From Eledone cirrhosa (lineage: Eukaryota), in contig OZ024745.1 of the NCBI GenBank assembly GCA_964016885.1, positions 43,586,001 to 43,650,000 of the forward strand: 64,000 nucleotides of DNA. The letters are read 5' to 3'. Of the stretch, positions 1 through 12,000 are shown in pieces. The notes under the pieces are model-generated. The model saw only the letters and a program-made list of their open reading frames with translations, was not told the origin of the DNA and did not search any database. Position numbers and translations under genes: made by a program. Positions within the stretch are counted from its first letter, which is position 1; each line of letters starts with the position of its first letter.

Positions 1-1122
1 TTTTCTATATACATAGTGTATCTAGAGCTGTATCATCTATTGTGTACCTCTTTTTTAAAACAATAGGTCTGATTTGAGGAATATCTAGCTACTATTTGTA
101 ACAGGTAAATTAACCAAGTAGTGTCTCTCTTATGGGCTTACAATTTTGGTAATTATATTTTTTGATGCTATATAAGTATTTCAGTGGATTGAGTCATTTC
201 TTTATTAGACTCAATGCAAGTATTTTAATAAGTTCGGATTATTGTAGTGTTTTTTATGTAAATGCCAGAACAAATACTAGAATGGCAGGTCTATGAGCCT
301 TTTCAGTCTCCCTGCCATGGTTGAAGGAAAGAGGGAAATCTATCTTTAGACCATAGACATGGTCTAAATGATTGCAACAGAATGTATTCCCCTAGAGACA
401 CCCCTCAGCCAATTGGTAATGTTAAACTCAGCAACAGATTAAGTTTACCAATCCAGATTAGGAATGTTTCATCTAAAAGGCATCCATATAGTTTCTGTCT
501 ACTAAATTTCTCTTACAAAGATTTAGTCAACATGAGTATTTAATAGAAAACACTTGCCCAAGATACCATGCAGTGGGATTGAACCCCAAACCACTGCATA
601 TCATATTAGGTAATTCTCAATGTAACTCAAGGTAACTTTCTAGTTGAAATTACTTCTATTTTTAATTATTTGTGAAAAACACTTTAAAACCACAAAATGT
701 TGCTTTTTTTCATAAGCATAAAGAATGCTCTGGGTAGATGGAACTCATCAGCCTAGGAGGGCAGTCCATCTAAGAGAAGGCAAACTCTGATTTTAAACCT
801 CAGCCTTTTGGCTATACCCAATAGGGAGCAATCTGTATTGACTTAATCTTTCCTTAGTCAATTTTAGTTTTCAGTGAGACGTTTCTTCATTCATTTGTGG
901 TCCTGTATAAACTTAGCAATGTAAAAATTGAGCCAGGCTGGTTCATCTTTGTTATTTGGGGATAACCTGAGCAAAATATTTCTTGAAGTACATAGTAAAT
1001 ACAGGGATTTGTATGAAATTAATAAAGTAAGTAAAAGCTCAAAAGCTGGATCAAAACTAGTTTGTCTTCGTATTAGAAACTATCATCCAACAAACAACAC
1101 TGACCTCTTATGATGATTTCAG

Positions 1123-1234
1123 GCTGATCAAGCACACAGAACGTTTACTGGAGGAGAAGGAAGAGAGATTATGTATCAAGGTACTCCAAACTTTAAAAAA
1201 AATGATGACTGTTGATATCGATTATGGAGAAAAG
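1123..1234 (+). CDS. ITPR: IP3 receptor exon ([37 protein letters not shown]), immediately upstream of the S2/SII site
   Basis: ttcAG acceptor and AAG|GTAAAA donor; matches vertebrate ITPR1 [29 protein letters not shown]...GYGEK. Confidence 0.95.
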
Positions 1235-2979
1235 GTAAAAATAAGTATATTTCATATTATTTATCCATTCTATTTAGTCAGGCAATATCTCTGAATGTTA
1301 TTGAATTCTTGAATTTTTTAAAATATATGTAACAATGTATTTATTAAGTATTCAATACTTTATGACATACATAACACCACAATTGATGGACTGTTGCATT
1401 TCATATGATATTATCATAGGTGTTTCCATCAACATACTCCCTGCTAAAGCAATGAATATAATTCTTCAACTGTATCAAATAGTCTATGTCTGAAAAATAA
1501 TTACCTTACTAACATTTATACTATTTGTCCAAAACTTGTATAGTCTTTCATTTTGTATAGACTCTAATAACTACTAATTTTTCACCACTTTCTTCTTCAT
1601 TTAGGGATTAAGGTATGTTATATACATTGTTAAAGTTCTATTATTATTTTCTCTGATCACAGTTTACTCAAAAGTATACATTTAACCAATCATTACTCTA
1701 CTTTTACCATTTTCTCTCATTGGGTTATCTTACCTCAATTTCATTTTTTATTAGATGAATGACCAATATCTTTTTAGAAATCAAAGTCATATTTTCAACT
1801 ATATTGATGATGATGATGATTGATATCAGATATAAATTCAATCATCTTCAAGTATATCAACTGGACACAACATTATCTAATGTTCCTTTGAAAATAGAGT
1901 GAAGCAATTTGAGCCCCAGGCTAAGCTGGCTCCAGCTAACAGTACCTGAAATGAGGCCCTATCCAGGTTTATGTCTGACATTAAAATGTTGGGTTAGGTT
2001 TCAGCCTGTGAAGGATGGTGTATAGGACTAGTAACCTTACCTCCATTAATCAAAATTGTTACAGAAATGATAAGCAGATACCTGACCTACGAGGCTTGCA
2101 ACCATGCAGAATGGAGATTTCTCATTGCCCAATGCTCCTTGAGGAGCAAGAGGAACTAAAGACGAAGATATCACCTGTTGACAATAAACTTAGAAATAGA
2201 AATTGCAAAAGTTTTTACTGTCATTGTCATTGTAGGATTATACAAGTTTCAATATATCTGATTATTTATTCATTTTATTTGATATCAGTTATGGGGTAAT
2301 GTGGAGAAGGGATTGGATCTGCCAGTTTTAAAGTGCCCAAGACATGCCCAAGACACCCCTATGACTTCATCGGGAGTTATGGGTTCAAACATAAAAATAT
2401 AGGGTAATGGGGAATGTTAGAAAACTCTGCTTAACGATGGTGTTTCAAATAATAGTGTACATAAAGTTGTTAACCTGAATATTCTGAATATATAACTTGA
2501 TTGACCATTAAATAACAAATACAGTTTTGTTATGTTATTTAACCCTAGGTTAACGATAATTGGATACAACTATGTACAAAGACATTCCAGTTATGACATG
2601 ATCATCTCCCATATTATTCAGACTGTATCTAATGTGTCCCACCTTTTTTTAAAGGCAATAGGGTGTAACTTGAAGATTTTTCTGTTATTTTTAGAAGTTT
2701 GGGCAACCATAACAAGTATAGTTATAAGTATATGATGAATTATTTTATTTTTGTTGTAATTTGCAACATAATTAAGGGTTGTGTCTAATAACATTATACA
2801 TATCACCATAGAAAGTATTTGTCCAAGAATGACCCCTTTACTCATTTTAACTCTACTCCAATCACTTTTATTTAAATACATACTGTTTCATTCTGTATTG
2901 CTTCTCTTCAGAGATGATAGCCTCTCTTACAATTTCAACATACTTAAACATATACACGAGATAAACTTTGTCAAATATT

Positions 2980-3110
2980 CAGGCGGTTCACTGGAAGTAG
3001 TAGAAAGCTTTTGTTAAAAAAGAGATCTCATTAGTAGTGGAGGTGAATGTAGTGAAACTGTTATAACCAGAAAGGGGACAGTGTGGAAGAAATTCAGAGC
3101 TGTTATTGGC
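2980..3110 (+). mobile_element. Old degenerate RTE fragment
   Basis: GGSLEVVESF / ISSGGECSE / WKKFR match the RTE ORF. Confidence 0.6.
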
Positions 3111-3469
3111 AGAAATTGAAGCCACAAATACTGCACCTTATCAATAATGTCTAGTGTGCTGGAAAATCACAGGCAAACTGTTGCTCCAAAACTTCCAGAG
3201 ATGCAATGTATTATGTCAACAAAGTAGTGCTGGACCAGCCTTACTACCAAATTGTACTTAAATAATTTAATTAATTCTAAAAGTAAGCTTTTCTTTCCAT
3301 TTTTAGATAATGTGATAAACATCAAATATATATATATTATTTTATAGTGAAAACAAAAATGAATATTGATAGATTAGTTTAAAATTTAAATGAATATGTG
3401 ATTCCAAGACTGCTAAGTCAAGGGGTGATAGTGAAGATAAGCTCTCACTGCTTAAAAAATGCTCCTTGT

Positions 3470-3870
3470 AGCATGTGCCTCAAATAGCAACCTGGCAACC
3501 AAACAACTCCTGGCCTTCTCATGGGGCTTAACATGCAAGCCCGATGGAACTGTCCCTACTGACAGAAAAAGTAGCATAGGTAGGTTCTGGCACCTTCAAA
3601 CCAGTGCCCCAGGTAGATGGAACTCATCAGCCTAGAGGTCAGTCCATCTAAGAGAAGGCAAACTCTGATTTTAAACCTCAGCTGCCTTGTGGCATACTCA
3701 CTAGGGAGTAAACCCGGAGGATAAATCTTGAGTCGGAGTCCCTAAAGCAGTTTGATGTTAGATCCAGCCGGGTTCTGGAAACTCCAATGGCCCCACTGGT
3801 GCCAAGTTGTATTGGCCCATGCCCTTCCCTTGGATAACACTGGTGGTAAGGAAAGGGGAGACGTGTCCAT
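3470..3870 (+). mobile_element. Dispersed repeat, possibly an RTE-type 5' UTR; partial second copy at ~730-830
   Basis: GGTAGATGGAACTCATCAGCCTAG...AGAGAAGGCAAACTCTGATTTTAAACCTCAGC occurs twice; relatively GC-rich. Confidence 0.45.
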
Positions 3871-4248
3871 GAAGACTGTTTCCCCTTTTGTCCCTAGTCT
3901 TTCCAAGCCTGTCTTTTTGCTTTTATGGCTCTATATACCCTACCATTCCACCACCACATCACTTTCCATCTTGCTGGGACCTTGTTCAAATCATATAATC
4001 CATGGCTTTCAGAATCTCAGAGGAATTCCCAATTCCTTTCTTTATACTCTAGGTCTCCATCTTTTCTTACTGTAAGAAGACATCAAGTAGGATTTCTCTG
4101 AATTTGTTCCAGAGAAAAGGTTCTTTCATGTTCTTTCCATGAAGAAACTTAAAATGTTCAATGGATCATGGAGCACTTTTGTTTTCTTTTCATAATGATT
4201 TATAAAATCCCTGTGACTTTTTTATACTTTAAATTTGTTTATTGAATG

Positions 4249-4540
4249 TGAAGGCATGTGGCTTACCGGTTAGGGTATTTGGCTCACAATCATAAGGTCG
4301 TAAGTTCTATTTCCATTACTTCACATCGCTCCAGTCCTCTCAGCTGGCAAAAATGAGTTGTACCTGTAATTCAAAGGACTAGCCTTGTCACATTCTGTGT
4401 TGTTCTTAATCTCTCTGAGAACTAAGTTAAGTGTACTCATGTCTGTGGAATGCTCAGCCACTTATACATTAATTTCATAAGCAGGCTGCTCCATTCAGCA
4501 TATCAACTGGAACACTCGTTGTAACTGACGGAGTGCCAGT
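4249..4540 (+). mobile_element. Older tRNA-derived SINE (related body at ~6100-6410)
   Basis: GAAGGCATGTGGCTTACCGGTTAG head, degenerate B box. Confidence 0.65.
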
Positions 4541-6584
4541 AGATTTTGTTTATTGAATCCATTGGTTATTTATTAATCAGTGAATTAAATTATTACAATA
4601 GAAAATCATTTATTTGTTATATAATGCTAAGTTTCTTCTTTTTTCTTAAGCATCCAATCTACCATGTAAGGTGGTGGTGATGCAGTCATAGCAAAAAACA
4701 CACTGTCCACTCTGTAAATGGGTAGTGTTGGTGTCATGATAAAATGCTCCCAGTATATGCTGAGAGGTGGTTGGCATTAGGAAGGGCATCTAGCTGTAAT
4801 ATGCCAAGCCAAAAACTGAATGCATTAACAAAACAGGGCTCCCTAACTGCTCTGGCTTCAGAATGTGACAACCCAGAAAATAGATATTAGCTGTAATGAT
4901 GACGATGAAAATTGTTCATCTATTTGTATTTTCAGTTTCAATAGCTGAATTTTGACACTTCATTTTGTATCACTGAATAAAATATTTCTTTGAATTATAT
5001 CCACCTTTGTTTACTCTGAATTTTAGCAAGTAATGCTTACTGTGTCAGAGTACAAACTTCAAATTAATGTGTTTCCAATACTCTATAAGTGGCAAATTGA
5101 CAGAATCATTAGAATATCAGATAGAAGGCTTTGTGGTATCCATTGTAGCTCTCTGCACTCTGAGTGCAAATTCCTCTAAAGCCAACTTTGCCTTTCATCC
5201 TTTAAAGATCAATAAAAAAAGTACCAGTCCAGTATTAGTGTCATTCCTTCTTTGTGACTCTTTCACAGTTCCTCTCTCTCACTCTCTCTCCTTCTCAGGA
5301 AGAAATTGGCTGTGTTCAGACATGGAGAAGGATGGACTCCATCAGGAGTCACAGTTCCATAAATACATACACACTCTATATCAAACTAACATTTTAATAT
5401 TTTATTTCAGTGAAATGTCAATAGAATTTCCTCATCTTTAGTATCTATTGCATGACTGTTATACATCAATTAGCCACTGCTCATTATTAATCTTAAATTT
5501 ATTATTTAAAACAGTATATTTCAAATTCTCTTGACATATATCAGAGCTGCTTGATTCATACCTATCTAGTTTAATATATTAGAATAGCATGACATATCTA
5601 GATTAATATATATTGCATGGTATATGACAATGATTTACTATATATAAAGCTGACTTGACATATATTCATTTACAAAATAGCTTAGAGCTATATCTATAAA
5701 ATAGAAATCTGTATAATTTTACAATGATTGTGTAACATTTATTAGAATTAGAAAGATAATATTTTATACTATTAGACCTATCTTTAGTGTTTGTATTTAC
5801 TACACCAGAGTACACTTTGTAAAGTGGTTGGTGGAGAGCATTCAGTCATATAAAACCTGCTAAGGGAAGACTCTTCAGGTGTGTCAAAGACATGATAACC
5901 TCCCCAGTGCCGGTGTCACAATAAAATACACTCAGTAGCATACATGATTGTGTGTCAGATGCAGGCCTCCAGCCTATCTGAGATGTCAGTATAGGTCTAT
6001 TGACAACCCATCCAACTCTTTCTACCAGGGAAAGTGAACAGTAAATTATGATGATGACTATGTTTCGATCAGTTCAATCACCAATCATCAAATACATAGT
6101 TACAGCATTGCTAAATGATAAAGAAGTTTGCTTCATAATCATTAGGTCCCAAGTTAAATCCCACAGCGTGAGCTTCATGGACAAATTTCATTTACTATTG
6201 CTTTGGGTCTAATCATACCTTGTGAAAGAAATTAAGTTAACAGAAAATATGTGGTAGCCCATCAGATGGACTGTGCCTGTAATTTAAACAGGCAGCCTTG
6301 TCACACAATATGTCATGCTGAATCTCCCTGGGAATTATGTTAAAAGTACACATGTCTATGAAATGCTCAGCTACGTACGCATTAGTTTCATGAGCAAGCT
6401 GTTCCATAATGCAATACTTTTCTTTTCCTTTATGGATTTCATTTGTTTGACCAATGCTTTAAAAACTATTTGCCATTCTGAGAAATTAAGTGTTATTAAA
6501 AACAAATGAATATTTGTGTGTGTGTGTGCATATATATATATACAAACAAACATTCATAATTCATATATATATGTGTGTGTGGTG

Positions 6585-6782
6585 TGAGTATAGAAATCCT
6601 ATACAGATAGCTTATAAAATAGGGTGAAGACCCTTAAAAGATGGAAAAAGAAGTTGCCATCAGCTGCTATCTGGAAGATTTGGGGTTCAATTCCACATAG
6701 TGGCCAATAGCAACTTCTTTTTCTGTCTCTTAAGGGTGCTCACCCTATTTTATAAGCTATCTTTATAGCATTTTTGCACTTG
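6585..6782. repeat. Degenerate palindromic MITE-like element
   Basis: AGATAGCTTATAAAATAGGGTGA / TCACCCTATTTTATAAGCTATCT within ~85-bp arms. Confidence 0.75.
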
Positions 6783-8239
6783 AGCACTTTCATTATATTT
6801 ATATATATATATATATATACATATATTCTCAGTGCTACAAAAAGCCAAAAATGTGGCTTCATACATTATATATCATCATCATCATCATCATCATCATTTT
6901 ATGTCTGCTTTTCCCTGCTTACAAGGGTGGGACGGGAACTGCTTCTGGCTTGATTTCTACAGCTGGATGCCCTTCCTGACACCAACCTCATTTCCAGTGA
7001 GTGCTGGGTGCTTTTTTGGCGTGGCACCTCCACGACCACTTTACAGTGGAATGATATGGACCCCAGTCCCTACCATCTCATTTCTACAGCTGAGTAAACT
7101 GGAGCAATGTGAAATAAAGTGTCTTGCTCAAGGAAACAACACATCACCTGGTCTGAGAATTGAACTCACAACCTTTCGATAGGCCAATGCTCTAACCACT
7201 AAGCCACGTGCCTCCATATATATATGTGTGTGTGTGTGTGTGTGCAGAAATAACTGTAACAATAGTTGATATTTATAAGTAGTAGCTTAAAAAATTGGAT
7301 ATTTTACTCGATTTTCTAAGTTATTATTTATAGTGATCAATTGTTGGTACAATTATTTTCTGCATTTGGAATTCATACATTTTCAAATTTCAAATACATT
7401 TATATATGTCAGCCTTATCATTTTACATCAATTTTTCCATGCTTGCATGTGTTGAATAGGTCCTCTCCAGTACAGCCAGTCTCCACTTATTTTCTTTTGT
7501 CATCTCCTTTGTGCGGTTTAGCCTTTTGTGTTTTTATCGGTCTGCTTCTACTGCAGATTCCTTCCATTGGCATTTCCTGGCACTTCTTCATCCATAACCA
7601 TCTCACTCACATACACAAACCATGTCTATCATGCACAATCTCCTATCTTACACACTACAGTTTCTCTCTTAGTTCATTCAACTGAATCTTGACCACTTCT
7701 CTTCAGCCTCTACATATTCTCTAGATTTTCTGACCATGTCTCACAGCCATCACCATGGTACTTCTCACACCAGAATCATACATGTGTATAATGTCCTGTA
7801 TAAAAGTATATTTATACAATTAAAGCATATATTGTAACTATGATGTGAAATGAAACTCCCAGAATAGTTTCAAACTCATTAAGTTTTTGTTGTTTTTGTT
7901 TATTTATGTCAAGAAAATAATGACAAATAGCTATATAGAATACATGTCTTACCTTATGGTTGGATGAGATAGCTTGCATATTGTTCTTAGTTTCGTTAGC
8001 ATTAAGAAATTACTAACACAGCATGAAAATTATAACTCTCTATATATATCAAGATATAATAATTTGTTTAAAATATATGTAGTTTTGCTATGGGATGAAA
8101 CTCAAAGTATTTTCATGCTGTATCAATGTATTTATTGTGTATTTATACATACACACACATACACCTACGTGCACACTCATACACACACACAGTTATACAC
8201 CCATGTTTATACATGCACACACATATGCCCCCCCCCCCC

Positions 8240-8286
<47 letters not shown>

Positions 8287-9051
8287 GGAGAGGTGTATAC
8301 ACATACTGTTTTTCAATAATTTTCAATTTTTGGAAGACCAGTTGTCTTTATAGTTAGATCTTTCTGTGCTAACCAGAGATGGTCAGCTCTTTTTGGGGGG
8401 CTGTTTTTTTTTTCTTTTTTTTTTCTTTTTGTCTGACAAACTGAGACAAGGAAAGCAATGTTCCTTACTCAAGTGTACTGCATAATGGCTCCAGTAATAT
8501 TTGAATTTATGATTATGTAATCAGTAATCCCATACATCGACCTTACAGCCATTGTACCTTTGTAAAATGTATGATTAAAAATGTATGTATGTGCATAAAA
8601 ATATTTTTTACCAACAATTAGTGATGCACAGATTTTCTAAATTTCTCTAATGAGGTGACTGGGAAAGGATTGTAATGCTTGGGGAATCTTGGAACTCCTT
8701 AACAAACCATTGTATATCATCCCATGTAAATTTATGGAAGTTTCTGTGTGTATATATATTTTATGAGTGAATGTGTGTGCTAGATTCATATGTATGATTC
8801 AAATTGTTTCCATGAATGAAGGAACCAATGTGACTGTTCTCGTGCAACTACTAACTGCTTCAGTAAAAAGTGTTGTTTTTCATAAGCTATTTCATTTTTC
8901 CAGTGCCACGCATGTGGAAAGGTTTCTTTCATGAAAACACTCTGTTGAACTATTGTATAAGTGTCCCTTTTCTTCCTAACCTCGTCATTACCTATCCTAT
9001 CCTTCAAACTAATAAACTGTTATACACCTTTCCTTTGCTGCCCATCGTAAG

Positions 9052-9099
9052 GTGGACCTGAAGGCACTTAATAAGACAGAGCTTGATGACCACAGACGG
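9052..9099 (+). CDS. ITPR: Putative 48-nt alternative cassette exon VDLKALNKTELDDHRR (SIIC-like)
   Basis: Pyrimidine tract plus AAG acceptor, strong CGG|GTAAGC donor, phase 0/0 matching both flanking exons; 16 aa ending LDDHRR versus vertebrate SIIC ending LEDHKR. Confidence 0.8.
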
Positions 9100-12000
9100 G
9101 TAAGCTATTGTTGTGTGTTAGCCTTCTTTTGGATGCATGCTATAAACCCTCCTCCCCATATGTTATTTTGTTGTTTATGTTTTTTTTTCCCATTTATAAT
9201 CTTCTATGTTAATCTATTGCTGCATCTTTCCAAACTACCCCATGCTTATTTATGATCATTTACACACCTGACTCCATCTGTCCATTTGATAATTATCTGA
9301 ATAGAAACAACATTTGTTAATTTCACATGATGAATTTTCTACATCTCATCCCATCCTCGATATAAATCCATAATATATACTGTCTAATATATAAATTCAT
9401 AATATATACCATTTAATCTCTCTATTTCAGTATCTTTAAAGGGAAGATAGCCCTTGACATTTCTTAGTGAAAATGAATATATTGTGTAATTGTTTGTTCA
9501 GTATTTAGGATTATTTCTTTACAATCTGAAATATCCCTTTGCATTCCTCTCCTCTGGATTTGATAAGTTCAGTAATATACATGGTCAGTTTGATCAACCA
9601 TATTCTATTCCTTGTGAAAATTGGCTTCAAACATTAATCTTTTCAACAATGTTTTCTATTGAATAAAACCCCATATAATACTGCAATATATGTCTATTAT
9701 AAAGAAAGCCAAAAGGAATAAGAAGTATGTAAAAATGTTGTTAATATTTTAATGAAAACCTTTTTACTTTCTAAGAAACCCTTCTCTAATAAATATAGTC
9801 TGTTAGGATTTTGAATATAATCATCATGAAGTATGTAACTATATTTACCAGATGGAGTCTAGTGGTAACATTTGACATATGCACTTAATGTTGTCTGAGG
9901 TATCTTTAACCAAGGGATATACATGGGGTATTATATAAGTTTGACTCTTTTATTTGAAGTCTTCAATGCCTCATAGTTTTATTTTCACGCATTTTTTTTA
10001 TTTTTTATTAATTAATAAAAATGATGAAATATCTTAGTTTTAGTAAACATTTTTGGGTGTGAACTTTTGTTTTGTGTATATATCTTAATAATTCCCATTT
10101 ACAACTTAAATTCTGGACTGATATATATATTTTTTTTTTTTCTAAAACCATATTTGTTAATGCTACAAAAAAAGTCTTCTGCAGTTATATTTCGATCTGT
10201 TCTTCAGATGGCTTCATGAATTTAATTGATCAGTACTCTATTAAAGTTCAGTTAATTACTGCAAGTGAATATTTCTGTCTATATGTCAGAAAATATTACA
10301 TGCAGCTGCTTCAAGTATATTCTGAATCTAGTTCCCAGATCTGTGTTTTGGAGTTTCAGTGTATCTGTAGTTGGTTATAACATAATGTTGTATTAATTTT
10401 GTGTTTAAGTTTTTCAAAGAAATTGGATTTTTTTTTTTATCAAGCTTCTGTTCTGTGTTTCTTTGAAGCCATAGGTTTTATTATAAAATACACATTTTGA
10501 ATGATGTTTGTTATTTTACTATTTTATTTTATTTGTTTGCTACTAACTTAGAATTTCTGCTCACAATGAAAAATGTGCATTCTAAATATGTAGTTTTACA
10601 TTTTCACCTACATAGAAAAAAATTTATAAAAATAAGAATTTAGTTATTTGCAAATAGAACTTGTGTTTTCTTTAAAATTTAATTTGGAAATGGATGAAAC
10701 TTTTTTTTTTTCAATTTTCATCTATTCCACTTGTTTTTATTTGTTATTAACATTTGATATCGGTAGTTATTACTGAAAGAGCTTGATATTTATTATAATA
10801 CTTTTCACTTATTTTATAGATTTCAATATCTTTTTGGTGTGTTTTTGTTTTGTTTTATGCAGAAAACAATATCTATTGTATGCTGGTTTAATATACATAT
10901 TATCTTCAGAATTTTGCAGGCACAAATTGCTATTAACGGCAATAAAATGTTTGTTATTTATTTTGTATGTAGTATCCAAAGTTTGTTTTTTTTCTTTGGA
11001 TTTTAGAGGTTTCTATACTGGTTCTTTCTCTCTTATATCATAGTTTTATAGTTCGAGATGAAACCAATACATTCTAACAATGGAAGAACTATTAACACTA
11101 AGATTAAGTAATAATTGTTTCTACTTTTGGCACAAGGCCAGCAATTACCCCAGTGTATTACTGGTACTTTATTTTATCGACCCCCGTAAGGATGAAAGGC
11201 AAAGTTAACCTCAAGTTAACTCTTTGCTGCAAAGCATGGCGTCCGACCCTCTTAGTTTAAGCAAACGTTTCTATGTTGTTGCAGCTTGACAAGAAATTTG
11301 ACTTGAAATTGTGTGTTGGAACTAAATTACGTGTCATAATTTATGTCCTATTATTTATTTAAAATACACTTTTATATTTACTTCTTTTTCTCCCCAATAG
11401 TGTATATATTAAGTATCAAAGTTTTTTTTATTGTAAATGTATTATTTACCATCGATACTTCATGATATAGTATCTCCAAAATATTCTATTTAAGTGTTAT
11501 TTACTATTCATTTTTAATCAACAAAATTGAAAAAAAACACTTCATTTCACATTGCTGCTGTATACTCAGCTGAAAATGAGAACCAGCAATAGCTGGGGGT
11601 TTAATTCTGTGTGGGGAGTCTTGTACTCTCAGTTGCTTAACACCATGGAAACCAGGATAAGCACTGGTTTGATGAGCTTCAGGGTTCCAGATAGACTTTA
11701 AACGTTTAGAATCAACAAAATAACTTATCTTTCTTGTTTTCCATGGGTGTATCAACATTAATTTAATAATTGCTTGTCGACTCTAAGATTTCTTTTGTTT
11801 GTTAAATTTACATTATATACAAAATATATAATATAGAAATTTCATTTCAACCTAATTTTAATAAATTATTTACTTCTATTGCTTATGTCAATGTTATATT
11901 GGTTGTTGCTGCTTACAATAGCTCCACACAAAATAACATTTATATTTCAATAAAAATGCTAACCCTTTCATTACCATATTTCTAATGAAATAGCCAACCT

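Noticed and set aside
1220-1222. A-to-I recoding GAT to GGT would create the vertebrate GYGEKG (ATPC) motif
   Set aside because: A 5' G neighbour disfavours ADAR and I found no complementary sequence; speculation without RNA data.
3470-3560. HDV-like ribozyme in the putative RTE 5' UTR
   Set aside because: Could not build the nested double pseudoknot by eye.
5299-5400. Strong CT-rich acceptor followed by EEIGCVQTWRRMDS as an SIIA-like exon
   Set aside because: No convincing donor before an in-frame stop; the tract is a CT repeat next to a SINE.
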